This document shows, piece by piece, positions 41,150-51,785 of a stretch of 64,000 nucleotides of DNA (positions within the stretch are counted from its first letter, which is position 1; the number at the start of each line of letters is the position of its first letter). The stretch lies in assembly GCA_041649175.1 (NCBI GenBank), contig JBAZNR010000003.1:15449-79448 (forward strand). Direction: 5' to 3'. This stretch comes from Candidatus Omnitrophota bacterium. Its GTDB lineage: Bacteria > Omnitrophota > Gorgyraeia > Zapsychrales > JBAZNR01. The notes under the pieces were generated by a model, which was not told the DNA's origin, did not search any database, and saw only the letters and a program-made list of their open reading frames with translations. A program made the position numbers and the translations under genes.

Positions 41150-41860
41150 ATGATAAGCGGTTTATTAGGAAAAAAAGTTGGCATGACTCAAGTTTTCGAC
41201 AAAGAGGGAGATATTGTCCCGGTTACCGTTGTCGAAACGGGTCCTTGTTTTATTTTGGGCCTTCAAGACGCGCCATTAAAGGTGAGAATTGGCTTTGACT
41301 TGGTCAAGGAATCCAGAGCCAGCAAACCGCGCCTGGGATTATTTAAGAAAGTCGGCGTTCAACCGCTTCGCATTATCAAAGAGTTTCGTTCAAGTGACAA
41401 TAAAGATTATAAACTCGGCCAAGAGATCAAGGTTGATCTGTTCAAACCGGGTGAATATGTTGATGTGACGGGTATTTCGATCGGGAAAGGTTTTCAGGGC
41501 GGTATGAAGCGTTGGAATTGGTCCGGCGGCCCTGAGACACACGGTTCTATGCATCATCGCCGGGTTGGCTCTATTGGCTCCAGCAGCGAACCATCACGTA
41601 TATGGAAAGGGCATCATATGCCCGGACATATGGGTGCCGCGACCGTGACTGTTCAAAGTTTGCGTGTTATGCAAGTAGATAGTGAACATAACCTTCTCGT
41701 TTTAAAAGGCGCTGTTCCCGGTCATCGCCACAGCTATTTATCCATTAATAAATCTCGCAAGAAAGCCTTCCGTTCTTTAGATGAAAGCAAGCGTGGCAAT
41801 GTTCGTTCATCGAAGAAGAACCCGATGAAGGAAAGTAAAGCAAAGGCTAAGGGAAAATAA
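41150..41860 (+). CDS. rplC: 50S ribosomal protein L3 (with Lys-rich C-terminal tail)
   Basis: [24 protein letters not shown] is the L3 signature. Confidence 0.95.
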   Translation: MISGLLGKKVGMTQVFDKEGDIVPVTVVETGPCFILGLQDAPLKVRIGFDLVKESRASKPRLGLFKKVGVQPLRIIKEFRSSDNKDYKLGQEIKVDLFKPGEYVDVTGISIGKGFQGGMKRWNWSGGPETHGSMHHRRVGSIGSSSEPSRIWKGHHMPGHMGAATVTVQSLRVMQVDSEHNLLVLKGAVPGHRHSYLSINKSRKKAFRSLDESKRGNVRSSKKNPMKESKAKAKGK

Positions 41861-41861
41861 G

Positions 41862-42485
41862 ATGCCGTCCGTTCCTGTTTATGACAATCATGGTAAGAAA
41901 GTCGAAGAGATCGACGTTGCTGAAGCGGTTTTTTCAAAACGCGTTAATGATCACATCATTCACCAAGCGGTTGTGATGTATCAAGCGTCATTGCGGCAGG
42001 GAAATGCGTCTACTAAAGAACGCGGCTCTGTTGAAGGAAGCGGTAAAAAACTTTTTCGTCAAAAAGGAACAGGCAACGCCCGTGCCGGCGATCTACGCTC
42101 CCCAATTCGTAAAGGCGGCGGTGTTGTGTTTGGCCCGCATCCCAGAGATTTTGGTTACAGTGTTCCGAAAAAAGTGCGGATTGCGGCTTTGCGTGAAACG
42201 CTTAACGCCAAATTTATCACCAATGATCTGTATTGCGTGGATCATCTAGCGGCGACAACAGCTAAAACAAAAGATTTTGCAAAGACGTTAAAGGGATTTA
42301 ATTTGCAAGGAAAAGTTTTAGCGCTTTTAGATAAAAGCGATAGTGATATTTCTAAAGTGTCGCGCAATATTCCGTTTTTTAATCTGATGCGCGCGGATGA
42401 TGTGACGGCTTATGATATTTTGCGCAATAAGAAACTTTTAATTACAAAAGCAGCACTAAAGGTCTTGCTTAAGAGAATTAAATGA
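41862..42485 (+). CDS. rplD: 50S ribosomal protein L4
   Basis: It shows L4 family similarity (KLFRQKGTGNARAGDLRSPIRKGGGVVFGP). Confidence 0.95.
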   Translation: MPSVPVYDNHGKKVEEIDVAEAVFSKRVNDHIIHQAVVMYQASLRQGNASTKERGSVEGSGKKLFRQKGTGNARAGDLRSPIRKGGGVVFGPHPRDFGYSVPKKVRIAALRETLNAKFITNDLYCVDHLAATTAKTKDFAKTLKGFNLQGKVLALLDKSDSDISKVSRNIPFFNLMRADDVTAYDILRNKKLLITKAALKVLLKRIK

Positions 42486-42760
42486 AATCAAGCTACGATA
42501 TTATCGAAACATTGATCCGTACGGAAAAAGGGACTTTTCTAGAGCCTGAAAGAAAATATCTTTTTCATGTGTCCAAGTCGGCAACTAAAATTGATATTAA
42601 AAGAGCCGTTGAAGAATTATATAAAGTTAAAGTCCAAGACGTGAATACAGTTTTAGTGACGGGAAAAGAAAAAAGAGTCCGCCAGCAGCTTGGCCGTACA
42701 CCGGATTGGAAGAAAGCCATTGTGACGCTTAAAGAAGGCCAAAAGATAGAAACGACATAA
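42482..42760 (+). CDS. rplW: 50S ribosomal protein L23
   Basis: It shows L23 family similarity and sits in the position between rplD and rplB. Confidence 0.9.
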   Translation: MKSSYDIIETLIRTEKGTFLEPERKYLFHVSKSATKIDIKRAVEELYKVKVQDVNTVLVTGKEKRVRQQLGRTPDWKKAIVTLKEGQKIETT

Positions 42761-42764
42761 ACCT

Positions 42765-43601
42765 ATGGGTATTAAGAGATTTAAACCGACAACAAATTCA
42801 TTACGCCACACAACGATCGCCGATTTTGCGGAGATCACTAAAGGCTATCCTGAAAAGGCTTTGCTTGCTCCTTTAAGTAAGAGCGGCGGACGCAATAATC
42901 GGGGCCGTGTGACCTTGAGATTTCGCGGCGGCGGACACAAGAGAATGTATCGGTTGGTTGATTTTAAGCGTGACCGCATTGATAGTCCGGCAAAAGTTAT
43001 TGCGATTGAATATGATCCTAACCGTTCTTCGCGCATTGCGCTTATTCAATACGCGGACGGCGTAAAGGCGTACATTCTTGCTCCTTTAGAGCTAAGAACA
43101 GGTGATGAAGTCATTAGTACGCGCGACATGGATGCTGAAATTCGTCCGGGAAATTGTCTTCCTATCAGCCGTATTCCTTTAGGAACAGCTATTCATAATG
43201 TTGAATTATCACCCGGCAAAGGCGGACAAATCGTCCGTTCGGCGGGAACTTCGGCTCAGATCATCGGTAAAGAAGGGGATTTTGCTCATATTCGCCTTCC
43301 ATCTAGCGAAGTTCGCATGATCCGAGTCAATTGCCGGGCAACAGTCGGGCAATTAAGTAATGTTGAGCACGAATCTTTATCCGTCGGAAAAGCGGGCCGC
43401 TCACGCTGGTTAGGCCATCGCGGCCACGTACGCGGCGTTGTCCAGAATCCGCATGATCATCCGCACGGTGGTGGTGAAGGTAAGTCTCCGCAGGGTAATC
43501 CGCATCCTGTTACTCCTTGGGGCAAACCAACCAAAGGATATAAAACAAGGAAGAAGCGAAAGTATTCTAACTTTTTAATCGTAAAGAGAAGATCAAAATA
43601 A
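42765..43601 (+). CDS. rplB: 50S ribosomal protein L2
   Basis: It shows L2 similarity throughout ([31 protein letters not shown]). Confidence 0.97.
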   Translation: MGIKRFKPTTNSLRHTTIADFAEITKGYPEKALLAPLSKSGGRNNRGRVTLRFRGGGHKRMYRLVDFKRDRIDSPAKVIAIEYDPNRSSRIALIQYADGVKAYILAPLELRTGDEVISTRDMDAEIRPGNCLPISRIPLGTAIHNVELSPGKGGQIVRSAGTSAQIIGKEGDFAHIRLPSSEVRMIRVNCRATVGQLSNVEHESLSVGKAGRSRWLGHRGHVRGVVQNPHDHPHGGGEGKSPQGNPHPVTPWGKPTKGYKTRKKRKYSNFLIVKRRSK

Positions 43602-43602
43602 T

Positions 43603-43890
43603 ATGTCACGTTCGATCCGAAAAGGTCCGTATATTGCGGAACATCTTTTAAAGAAACTTGAAAAAATGCAGCGCACGGGGCAAAAACAGCCGATCAAGAC
43701 ATGGTCGAGAGAATCCACAGTTTTGCCGGATTTTGTCGGCTATACGGTTGCCATTCACGACGGCCGTAAGCACGTTCCGGTTTTTATCACGGAAAATATG
43801 GTGGGGCATAAATTTGGTGAATTTGCTCCGACGAGAACATTTAGAAAACACGGCGGCGTTAAAGCTAAAAAGGCTGCGGATAAAACATGA
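43603..43890 (+). CDS. rpsS: 30S ribosomal protein S19
   Basis: [18 protein letters not shown]...[33 protein letters not shown] is the S19 signature. Confidence 0.95.
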   Translation: MSRSIRKGPYIAEHLLKKLEKMQRTGQKQPIKTWSRESTVLPDFVGYTVAIHDGRKHVPVFITENMVGHKFGEFAPTRTFRKHGGVKAKKAADKT

Positions 43891-44225
43891 TCGCTCAAGC
43901 TAAAGCAAAATTTATTCGACTCTCTCCGCTTAAAGTTAAGCAAGTTATTGACCTTGTCCGCGGAAAAGATGTTGTGCCTTCCTTAGTTCTTTTGGAGCAT
44001 ACGCCTAAACGACCGGCGGAGACGATCAAGAAGCTTCTTAATTCGGCGCTGAGCAATGCCAAACAAAAAGGCTTAAGCGAAGATCAGCTGTTCATTTCTA
44101 AAATCGTTGCCGATAAAGGCCCAATGTGGAAACGTTCGAAGGCGGCGGCGTTCGGACGGGGATCACCCATTTTGAAACGAACAACGCATTTAGTCATTGA
44201 ATTAGACGTGAAGGTAAAATCGTAA
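43887..44225 (+). CDS. rplV: 50S ribosomal protein L22
   Basis: It shows L22 family similarity and sits in the S19-L22-S3 context. Confidence 0.9.
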   Translation: MIAQAKAKFIRLSPLKVKQVIDLVRGKDVVPSLVLLEHTPKRPAETIKKLLNSALSNAKQKGLSEDQLFISKIVADKGPMWKRSKAAAFGRGSPILKRTTHLVIELDVKVKS

Positions 44226-44243
44226 TCAAGTAAGGAGTTATTT

Positions 44244-44942
44244 GTGGGACAAAAAGTAAGTCCATTAGTATTAAGGATCGGATATATCAAGAATTGGAGA
44301 AGTCTTTGGTTTGCGGATAAAAAAGAATTCTGCAAAAATGTCTTAGAAGACGATAAGATCCGACGATTTATCAAGAAGCGTTTTGAGCAGGCAGCGATTT
44401 CTACGGTCATTATCGAGCGATTAGCCAGCCAGGTCAAGATTCGGATCTGTTCGGCACGCCCCGGGATCATCATCGGCCGCCGCGGCGCTGATATTGATAA
44501 ATTAAAATTAGAATTAGCCAAAGTGACTCCCCGAGAAGTTACGATCGAAATCGAAGAAATCAAAAATCCGGCTATTGATGCGCAGTTGGTCGCTCAAAAT
44601 GTTGCTTTTCAATTGGAAAAACGCGTTGCGTTTCGTCGCGCTATGAAGCGGTCAATTGAGCAAGCGATGACGTCCGGAGCGTTAGGAATTAAGATCAGCT
44701 GCTCAGGGCGTTTAGGCGGAGCCGAAATGTCTCGCCGAGAAACATACAAAGTCGGAAAACTTCCGCTACAAACATTTCGCGCCGATATCGATTATGGATT
44801 TGCGGAAGCCATGACGACTTATGGTATTTTAGGGATCAAAGCCTGGGTTTATAAAGGCGACGTTATGCAGGAAAGCAAGAAAGTTCCGGTTGCGGCAAAA
44901 GCGGTTGTTACCGAAGAAGCCGTTAAGGAAAAGGGAGAGTAA
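44244..44942 (+). CDS. rpsC: 30S ribosomal protein S3 (GTG start)
   Basis: GQKVSPLVLRIGYIKNWRSLWFA plus a KH domain are the S3 signature. Confidence 0.95.
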   Translation: MGQKVSPLVLRIGYIKNWRSLWFADKKEFCKNVLEDDKIRRFIKKRFEQAAISTVIIERLASQVKIRICSARPGIIIGRRGADIDKLKLELAKVTPREVTIEIEEIKNPAIDAQLVAQNVAFQLEKRVAFRRAMKRSIEQAMTSGALGIKISCSGRLGGAEMSRRETYKVGKLPLQTFRADIDYGFAEAMTTYGILGIKAWVYKGDVMQESKKVPVAAKAVVTEEAVKEKGE

Positions 44943-44947
44943 ATAAC

Positions 44948-45367
44948 ATGGCGATCATGCCAAGAAAAGTTAAGTATCGCAAGTCCCAGCGCGGAAAGAT
45001 CCGTGGGCTAGCTATTCGCGGTAGCGAGCTCACCTTCGGAGAATTCGGCCTTAAAACACTTGAGAACGGAATTATTCGTAATAATATTATCGAAGCTGTG
45101 CGTGTTGTTGTTGCCAGAAAATCTCACGGCGCAGGAAAGCTTTGGATCAAGATATTCCCGCATAAATCTGTTACCAAAAAACCTGCGGAAACCCGCATGG
45201 GTAAGGGAAAAGGGGATTTAAGCCATTGGGTCGCGGTCGTTAAACGTGGAATGATCCTTTTTGAGATGAGCGGTGTTCCGGAAGATTTCGCCCGGCAGAT
45301 TTTTCGCTTAGTGGCTTTTAAATTACCGGTCAGAACAAAATTTATTACGCGCGGCGCGGCGCATTAA
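44948..45367 (+). CDS. rplP: 50S ribosomal protein L16
   Basis: MPRKVKYRKSQRGKIRG is the L16 N-terminus. Confidence 0.95.
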   Translation: MAIMPRKVKYRKSQRGKIRGLAIRGSELTFGEFGLKTLENGIIRNNIIEAVRVVVARKSHGAGKLWIKIFPHKSVTKKPAETRMGKGKGDLSHWVAVVKRGMILFEMSGVPEDFARQIFRLVAFKLPVRTKFITRGAAH

Positions 45368-45382
45368 AAAAGAGCTTAAATA

Positions 45383-45592
45383 ATGAAAACAAAAGAACTA
45401 AGAGATTTGAATGTTGACGATCTGATCCAAAAGGAAAAGACGTTAAAGAAAGATCTATTTGACCTAAATTTTCAGCGTCAAGTGGGAAGCTTAGAAAAGT
45501 CAGGGCGTTACAAGGTTATTCGCCGTGACATTGCTCGGATCAAAACAATTATCAAAGAAAAAGAATTGAAAAAACAAAGCGAGACGAAATGA
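45383..45592 (+). CDS. rpmC: 50S ribosomal protein L29
   Basis: It shows L29 family similarity (ELRDLNVDDLIQKEKTLKKDLFDLNFQ). Confidence 0.9.
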   Translation: MKTKELRDLNVDDLIQKEKTLKKDLFDLNFQRQVGSLEKSGRYKVIRRDIARIKTIIKEKELKKQSETK

Positions 45593-45852
45593 CAGAACGC
45601 AGCAATGAAAGAAAATTTCTTGTCGGTACGGTTCTTAGCGACAAAATGAATAAAACCCGCGTGGTTCAAATTCGTTGGACATCCAAGCATGCGATGTATG
45701 GTAAACCCATGAAGAGAACTGTTAAATTCAAGGCGCATGACGAGAAGAATGCTTCAAAAACAGGCGACACGGTTACCATTATGGAAACACGTCCGCTTTC
45801 CAAAGAAAAGCGCTGGGTCGTAACAGAAATCGTTAACAACAAAACTAATTAA
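45589..45852 (+). CDS. rpsQ: 30S ribosomal protein S17
   Basis: GTVLSDKMNKTRVVQI...HDEKN..KTGDTVTIMETRPLSKEKRW is the S17 signature. Confidence 0.9.
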   Translation: MTERSNERKFLVGTVLSDKMNKTRVVQIRWTSKHAMYGKPMKRTVKFKAHDEKNASKTGDTVTIMETRPLSKEKRWVVTEIVNNKTN

Positions 45853-45855
45853 GCC

Positions 45856-46224
45856 ATGATTTTTCTAAAAAGCATTGTTGATGTTGCGGATAATACGGGC
45901 GCTCGAAAAGGGTCCATGATCGGGACGTTAAATAAGAAGGGAAAATTTACGGCCAAGATCGGCGATGTGATCCGCATTAACATTAAAGAAGCCGCTCCGG
46001 AAGCTGCCGTTAAAAAAGGCGAAGTGGTCAAGGCCGTTGTGGTGCGCACAAAATTTTCGGTGCGCCGCAGCGACGGAACCTATGTCCGATTTGATAATAA
46101 TGCGGTTGTTATTATTGATGACGGCGGAAATCCAAAAGGAACGCGTGTTTTTGGGCCTGTGGCCAGAGAGCTTCGCAATCTTGAATATATGAAAATTATT
46201 TCATTGGCGCCGGAGGTTGTCTAA
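45856..46224 (+). CDS. rplN: 50S ribosomal protein L14
   Basis: VADNTGARK...IGDVI.I is the L14 signature. Confidence 0.95.
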   Translation: MIFLKSIVDVADNTGARKGSMIGTLNKKGKFTAKIGDVIRINIKEAAPEAAVKKGEVVKAVVVRTKFSVRRSDGTYVRFDNNAVVIIDDGGNPKGTRVFGPVARELRNLEYMKIISLAPEVV

Positions 46225-46225
46225 G

Positions 46226-46537
46226 ATGTTACGTATTCGCAGAGATGATATGGTAGCGGTTATTTCCGGAAAAGACAAAGGCAAACGCGGCAAGATCATC
46301 CAGATCTTACCGGCACAATCGCGGGCCATTGTTGAAGGGGCTAATCTTGTCAAGAAAGCTCGCAGAAAAACTCGCCAAGATCAACAGGGTGGCATTGTCG
46401 CTATTGAAGCGCCAATTCATATGTCTAATATCATGTTGGTCTGCAAGCAGTGCGATAAACCGGTGCGCTTTAAGACAGCGACGTTAAAAGATGGTTCTAA
46501 AATTCGTGAATGCAAAAAATGCGGAGCGGCGATTTAA
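46226..46537 (+). CDS. rplX: 50S ribosomal protein L24 (start set at ATG 46226 with a GGAGG RBS; the ORF track starts at an upstream TTG)
   Basis: It has a KOW motif ([17 protein letters not shown]). A C-terminal Zn-ribbon-like CxxC...CxxC is also present. Confidence 0.9.
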   Translation: MLRIRRDDMVAVISGKDKGKRGKIIQILPAQSRAIVEGANLVKKARRKTRQDQQGGIVAIEAPIHMSNIMLVCKQCDKPVRFKTATLKDGSKIRECKKCGAAI

Positions 46538-46538
46538 T

Positions 46539-47081
46539 ATGAAACCTCGTTTACATGAACATTACTTAAAGCAGATCGTTCCGGCTATGCAGGAAAAGTT
46601 TGGCATAAAAAATGCCATGGCGGTTCCTCGCCTTGACAAGATCGTTGTCAACATGGGTGTGGGCGAAGCCATTGATGATATCAAGATCATGGACAAGGCC
46701 GTGGAAGAATTAGCGACCATTACCGGCCAAAAACCGATCGTGCGCATTGCCAAAAAAGCCATTTCTAATTTTAAGCTTAAAGAAAATGCTGCGGTTGGAT
46801 GTAAAGTTACTTTACGCAAAGATAAAATGTATGAATATTTGGATCGGCTCGTTAACGTTGCCCTTCCTCGTATTCGTGATTTTAACGGAGTTTCAAAGAC
46901 CGGATTTGACCGAGAAGGAAATTATACATTAGGTTTAAAAGAGCAAACCATTTTCCCTGAGATTGAAGCGGATAAAATTCATCACGCGCAGGGGATGGAT
47001 ATTACATTTGTGTTCAACCGTGGCCCCAAAGAACATACGTTTGAAGTGTTACGTCTTTTGGGAATGCCGTTTAGCAATTAA
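46539..47081 (+). CDS. rplE: 50S ribosomal protein L5 (start at ATG 46539)
   Basis: [22 protein letters not shown]...[20 protein letters not shown] is the L5 signature. Confidence 0.95.
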   Translation: MKPRLHEHYLKQIVPAMQEKFGIKNAMAVPRLDKIVVNMGVGEAIDDIKIMDKAVEELATITGQKPIVRIAKKAISNFKLKENAAVGCKVTLRKDKMYEYLDRLVNVALPRIRDFNGVSKTGFDREGNYTLGLKEQTIFPEIEADKIHHAQGMDITFVFNRGPKEHTFEVLRLLGMPFSN

Positions 47082-47099
47082 AGGAAAGTTATTTAACTT

Positions 47100-47285
47100 A
47101 TGGCTAGAAAAGGATTAATTAATAAGTCTCGTCAAAAACCGAAGTTTCCCGTCCGTCAGCACAATCGTTGTCTAATGTGCGGCCGTTCGCGAGGTTTTTT
47201 GAGACGGTTCAGCGTCTGCCGTATTTGTTTTCGTGAACTCGTTTGGAGAGGCGAAATCCCCGGCGTAAGAAAAGCCAGCTGGTAA
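47100..47285 (+). CDS. rpsN: 30S ribosomal protein S14 type Z (zinc-binding)
   Basis: It is 61 aa and contains CLMCGRSRG...CRICFRELV, a C4 zinc motif. Confidence 0.95.
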   Translation: MARKGLINKSRQKPKFPVRQHNRCLMCGRSRGFLRRFSVCRICFRELVWRGEIPGVRKASW

Positions 47286-47309
47286 TCACAATAAAAGGAT
47301 AAAGAGTTT

Positions 47310-47708
47310 ATGTCATTAAGCGATCCGATCAGTAATTTATTGACCAACATTAGAAATGCCGTTCGCTCCAAAAAAGAAACGGTGGATATTCCGGCATCAA
47401 ACCTTGGACAGAAAATCCTAAGCATTTTTAAGCAAGATGGTTACATCGAAGATTTTCGTTTGTTGAAAGATAACAAGCAAGGCGTCTTAAAAGTTTATTT
47501 GAAGTATGAAAAAGACCGTAAAGCGGCGATCATTGACCTAAAAAGAATATCGCGCCCGGGTTTGAGAGTTTACGCGAAGGGCACAGAAATTCCGCGTGTT
47601 TTAAACGGGCTTGGAACTGCCGTAGTTTCAACATCGAAAGGTATTATGACGGACAGAGAAGCGCGCAAACAAAAAATTGGCGGCGAAATCATCTGCACAA
47701 TCTGGTAA
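47310..47708 (+). CDS. rpsH: 30S ribosomal protein S8
   Basis: MSLSDPISNLLTNIRNA is the S8 N-terminus. Confidence 0.95.
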   Translation: MSLSDPISNLLTNIRNAVRSKKETVDIPASNLGQKILSIFKQDGYIEDFRLLKDNKQGVLKVYLKYEKDRKAAIIDLKRISRPGLRVYAKGTEIPRVLNGLGTAVVSTSKGIMTDREARKQKIGGEIICTIW

Positions 47709-47714
47709 AAAACT

Positions 47715-48254
47715 ATGTCACGATTAGGAAAAATAGCGGTTAGTATTCCAAAGGGAGCCAAGATCTCGGTTAACAATGCCCAGGCGCTTGTTGAAGGGCC
47801 GAAGGGAAAGCTAACCTTGTCGATCCCATCCGGAATTTCTGTAGAACAAAAGGAAGACAAGCTTTTCGTTCATCGTAGCAACGACGAAAAGCAGATCAAG
47901 GCCCATCACGGAACCGTTCGTTCGCATTTGGCCAATATGGTCTTAGGCGTTACGCAAGGATACAAAAGAAATTTAGAAATTCAGGGCGTTGGTTTTCGCG
48001 CGCAAGCCCAAGGGCAAAAACTTTCATTGAACCTCGGCTTTAGCCATCCGGTTGATTATAACGTTCCGGCCGGTGTTATTGTTAAAACACCAAAACCAAC
48101 TGAAATTGAAATTGAAGGAATTGATAAAGCGCTAGTCGGCGAAGTGGCGGCCAAAATTCGTGAGATCAAACCGCCGGAACCTTACAAGGGTAAGGGTATT
48201 CGTTATTCGGGCGAAGCTGTCCGCAGAAAACAAGGTAAGAAAGTTACAAAATAA
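47715..48254 (+). CDS. rplF: 50S ribosomal protein L6
   Basis: MSRLGKIAVSIPKGAKISVNN is the L6 N-terminus. Confidence 0.95.
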   Translation: MSRLGKIAVSIPKGAKISVNNAQALVEGPKGKLTLSIPSGISVEQKEDKLFVHRSNDEKQIKAHHGTVRSHLANMVLGVTQGYKRNLEIQGVGFRAQAQGQKLSLNLGFSHPVDYNVPAGVIVKTPKPTEIEIEGIDKALVGEVAAKIREIKPPEPYKGKGIRYSGEAVRRKQGKKVTK

Positions 48255-48258
48255 TTCT

Positions 48259-48621
48259 ATGGTTAATCAGAGAGAAGTTAAAAGATTTTATCGCCACAAA
48301 AGAATTCGCCAAAAGGTCAGCGGAACATCCCAAAGGCCGAGAGTCTGTGTTCACCGAAGCCTCAACAACTTGCAGGCGCAGGCCATTGACGATATTGCCG
48401 GAAAGATCATTTTCGCTTTGTCAACGCTGGATAAAAATGTTCGCAGCAAAGCTAAAAGCGGAGGTAATGTTCAAGCGGCTGTTGTACTAGGCGAAGCATT
48501 TGCCGTAAAGGCTCTAGAAAAAGGAATTAAAAAAATCAGCTTTGACCGCGGCGGGTATATGTATCACGGACGTATTAAAGCGTTTGCTGACGCGGCAAGA
48601 AAAGGTGGGTTGGAGTTCTAA
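48259..48621 (+). CDS. rplR: 50S ribosomal protein L18 (start at ATG 48259)
   Basis: It shows L18 family similarity ([33 protein letters not shown]). Confidence 0.9.
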   Translation: MVNQREVKRFYRHKRIRQKVSGTSQRPRVCVHRSLNNLQAQAIDDIAGKIIFALSTLDKNVRSKAKSGGNVQAAVVLGEAFAVKALEKGIKKISFDRGGYMYHGRIKAFADAARKGGLEF

Positions 48622-49244
48622 TGGAAAACGTATCAAACGAAAATACTGAGAATAAAAAGCCGGAACCGGAACAACCAGTGGCTCCTGTGCAGGATGTTGC
48701 GGCCGCTGACCCTATGGCTTCGCGCCGGGAGAAGAAAAGAAAAACATTTCGTCCTCGCGAAACAGTTCCTTCAGAATTTATTGAAAAGGTTGTTGCCATT
48801 AACCGCGTGACCAAAGTAACCAAGGGCGGAAAAAAAATGTCCTTTAGTGCTTTAGTGGTCCTTGGTGATGGGAAAGGCCGTGTAGGCTACAACTTGGATA
48901 AAGCGGGTGAAGTTGCGACGGCGATCAAGAAATCTTTGATCGGTGCCAAAAAAAGTATGTTTAAGGTCCCTATGCGCGGTTCCACCATTGCTCATGAAAT
49001 TATCGGCCGATGCGGTGCGGCAACCGTTTTATTAAAACCAGCCTCCGAAGGTACTGGAGTTATCGCGGCTGGCCCGGTTCGCGCTATTTGCGATGCCGCC
49101 GGCATAAGAAATATTTTAACGAAATGTCATAGATCTAACAATCCCATTAATGTTATTAAAGCAACGATCGATGGGTTAAGCCGTTTAAAAGCTTTTCCTG
49201 AAGCGCAGCCCTTAGCGGTTGAAGAACCGAAAGGAAAAGTATAA
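48621..49244 (+). CDS. rpsE: 30S ribosomal protein S5 (with an acidic/Pro-rich extension of about 40 aa at the N-terminus)
   Basis: [33 protein letters not shown] is the S5 dsRBD signature. Confidence 0.95.
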   Translation: MENVSNENTENKKPEPEQPVAPVQDVAAADPMASRREKKRKTFRPRETVPSEFIEKVVAINRVTKVTKGGKKMSFSALVVLGDGKGRVGYNLDKAGEVATAIKKSLIGAKKSMFKVPMRGSTIAHEIIGRCGAATVLLKPASEGTGVIAAGPVRAICDAAGIRNILTKCHRSNNPINVIKATIDGLSRLKAFPEAQPLAVEEPKGKV

Positions 49245-49717
49245 TGCAAATCCATGAATTAAGATCTCCCGTTGGTTCACGCAAGCGCCGCAAGATCGTC
49301 GGACGCGGGCAAGGCTCCGGTCACGGAAAAACGTCTTGCAAAGGCCAAAAAGGGCAGCGTGTTCGTTCAGGGCGCGGGCCGATCTTAGGGCACGAAGGCG
49401 GACAAATGCCTTTGATTAAGCGGCTTCCTAAAGTTGGATTTAACAGCAAGAATCCAACGCTGTATCAGATCGTTAATCTTGAGAGTTTAACTCGCTTTAA
49501 GGAAAATAGTGTCATCGATGCCGATTTTCTAAAATCACATGGGCTGATCAGCAAAACATCAGAACCGTTTAAGGTTTTAGGGGACGGAGATCTAAAAAAA
49601 CCTTTGACGGTTCGTGCTGATGCCTTTTCAAAAAGCGCGCAAGAAAAGATCGTCAAGGCCGGCGGCAAAGCTGAAATTGTTAGTGAGCAAAAAGCCCAAG
49701 CAGAAATCAAAAAATAA
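49244..49717 (+). CDS. rplO: 50S ribosomal protein L15
   Basis: It shows L15 family similarity (KRRKIVGRGQGSGHGKTS.KGQKGQ). It follows rpsE directly, with no L30 gene in between. Confidence 0.95.
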   Translation: MQIHELRSPVGSRKRRKIVGRGQGSGHGKTSCKGQKGQRVRSGRGPILGHEGGQMPLIKRLPKVGFNSKNPTLYQIVNLESLTRFKENSVIDADFLKSHGLISKTSEPFKVLGDGDLKKPLTVRADAFSKSAQEKIVKAGGKAEIVSEQKAQAEIKK

Positions 49718-49743
49718 ACGTTTAAGAGAATAAAACGATATCG

Positions 49744-51102
49744 ATGCTTAAAGCTTTTGCCAATTGTTTTAAAATTCCCGAATTACGCGTAAAGATCTTA
49801 TTTACCTTAGGGATTATTGCTGTTTATAGAGTTGGTTGTTACATTCCTACCCCCGGCATCAACGCGGCAGCGTTAGCGGAGTTTTTTAAGACATTAAGCT
49901 CCACGGCCGGCGGGACGATCTTTGGCATGATCAATATGTTTTCCGGAGGCGCTCTCTCCAAGATGACGCTTTTTTCCTTGGGGATTATGCCGTATATCTC
50001 AAGCTCCATTATTATGCAGCTTTTGACGGCGGTTATTCCTGCTTTAGAAAAGATCGCCAAAGAGGGCCACGCCGGACATCAGAAGATCAATCAGTATACG
50101 CGCTATGGGACGTTGATCCTGTCTTTGGTGCAATCTTATTTCATTGCCTTATGGCTGGAAAGCCCTATGGCGGTGCAGGGATTGGCCCAAGGAGTTCAGT
50201 TGGTGGATAACCCCGGGCTTGGATTTCGCCTGATCACAGTTTTTAGCTTAACAGCGGGAACACTGCTTTTAATGTGGTTAGGTGAACAAATTCAGGAACG
50301 CGGCATTGGAAATGGGATATCGCTTATCATTACGGCAGGTATTATTTCTCGTTTTCCGGAAGCTTTGGGCGATTTGATTTTACTGTTATCACCTAAAACA
50401 GCTTCCATGCGGCAGATCCAGCCGTTAACGCTTCTCATTATGATCTTCTTTTTAGTGGGAGTTGTTATTGCGGTAACGCTTATTACGCAAGGACAGCGAA
50501 AAATTCCAGTTCAATATGCTCGACGGGTGGTGGGGCGAAAAGTTTACGGCGGACACAGCACCTATATTCCTTTGAAGGTTGATACGTCGGGAGTTATCGC
50601 CATTATCTTTGCGCAGTCGGTGCTTTTATTCCCGGCTACCATTGCCAGTTTCATTCCGAATCAAGCGTTGCATTCGGTGGCGAACATGATCATGCGCGGA
50701 CATGTTCTTTACTATTCGATCTATGGCTTACTTATTTTGTTCTTTTGTTATTTTTATACCGCGATCGTTTTTAATCCGGTAGATGTTGCCGAGAATATGA
50801 AAAAAGTCGGCGGATTTATTCCGGGTGTAAGACCGGGAACACCGACGGCTGATTTTCTAGATTTTGTTATGACGAGAATTACATTGGCCGGAGCGGTGTT
50901 TATTTGTATTATCGCGGTTATGCCGGATGGGATCATGGCCGCATTTAAAGTTCCTTATTTAGTAGCATCATTTTTTGGCGGTACCGGAGTTCTGATCATG
51001 GTCGGTGTTATGCTAGATACAATGAAACAAATTGAATCCCATTTATTGATGCGGCATTACGACGGGTTTATGAAATCCGGCCACATCAAGGGGCGGCGAT
51101 GA
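49744..51102 (+). CDS. secY: Preprotein translocase subunit SecY
   Basis: Ten TM segments and the SecY signature regions are present (LGIMPYISSSIIMQLL, GNGISLIITAGI). Confidence 0.97.
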   Translation: MLKAFANCFKIPELRVKILFTLGIIAVYRVGCYIPTPGINAAALAEFFKTLSSTAGGTIFGMINMFSGGALSKMTLFSLGIMPYISSSIIMQLLTAVIPALEKIAKEGHAGHQKINQYTRYGTLILSLVQSYFIALWLESPMAVQGLAQGVQLVDNPGLGFRLITVFSLTAGTLLLMWLGEQIQERGIGNGISLIITAGIISRFPEALGDLILLLSPKTASMRQIQPLTLLIMIFFLVGVVIAVTLITQGQRKIPVQYARRVVGRKVYGGHSTYIPLKVDTSGVIAIIFAQSVLLFPATIASFIPNQALHSVANMIMRGHVLYYSIYGLLILFFCYFYTAIVFNPVDVAENMKKVGGFIPGVRPGTPTADFLDFVMTRITLAGAVFICIIAVMPDGIMAAFKVPYLVASFFGGTGVLIMVGVMLDTMKQIESHLLMRHYDGFMKSGHIKGRR

Positions 51103-51785
51103 GAATTGTTCTGTTAGGGCCTCCCGGAGCCGGCAAGGGAACGCAAGCAAAGCTTTTAAAAGAGATTTTTGGAATTCTTCATATTTCAACCGGCGATATG
51201 CTTCGCGAAGAAATGCAGAATCAAACTTCGCTGGGCAAAGAAATTAAACAGTATGTCGAATCGGGCCAGCTCGTTCCCGATGAAGTTGTGACCAAGCTCA
51301 TTGAAAATAAGTTAAGCCGAGACCCGCAAGTCAAAAAAGGGTATATGCTTGACGGATTTCCGCGCACCAAAGCGCAGGCTGAAGACTTAGATAAGATCTT
51401 AACCAAGATCGACCAGCCGATTGATTACGCGCTTTATCTGGATGCCAGCTTACCGGTTGTCATTCAGCGTTTGACGGGCCGTCGGGTATGCCGAAAATGT
51501 GGCGCTTTGTATCATATGCAAAATAAGCTTCCCAAAAAACAAGGCGTTTGCGACAGTTGCGGCGGCGAACTTTATCAGCGTCCGGATGATAATGAAGCGA
51601 CGATCAAGACGCGCATGGAAGTTTATTTGAAGAATACACAGCCGATTTTTGATTATTACCAAGTGCAAAATAGATTGCGTAAAGTGAACGGCGATCAGGA
51701 TGCCGCACATTTAAAAAATGATCTCATAAAGATTTTCCATGCCGACGGCAAGATCGATAAAGATAAAGTCGAAAGACGAAATTGA
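51099..51785 (+). CDS. adk: Adenylate kinase (with Zn-binding lid CxxC...CxxC)
   Basis: MRIVLLGPPGAGKGTQA is the P-loop. The lid has CRKCG...CDSCG. Confidence 0.95.
   Translation: MRIVLLGPPGAGKGTQAKLLKEIFGILHISTGDMLREEMQNQTSLGKEIKQYVESGQLVPDEVVTKLIENKLSRDPQVKKGYMLDGFPRTKAQAEDLDKILTKIDQPIDYALYLDASLPVVIQRLTGRRVCRKCGALYHMQNKLPKKQGVCDSCGGELYQRPDDNEATIKTRMEVYLKNTQPIFDYYQVQNRLRKVNGDQDAAHLKNDLIKIFHADGKIDKDKVERRN

Noticed and set aside
44084-44563. 159-aa minus-strand ORF, and similar long antisense ORFs at 55012-55590, 8374-8814, 12024-12452 and 28599-28991
   Set aside because: Each lies entirely antisense to a strongly supported conserved gene (rplV/rpsC, rpoA/rplQ, minor pilin, pilM/pilN, rplL). 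None has a recognisable protein signature.
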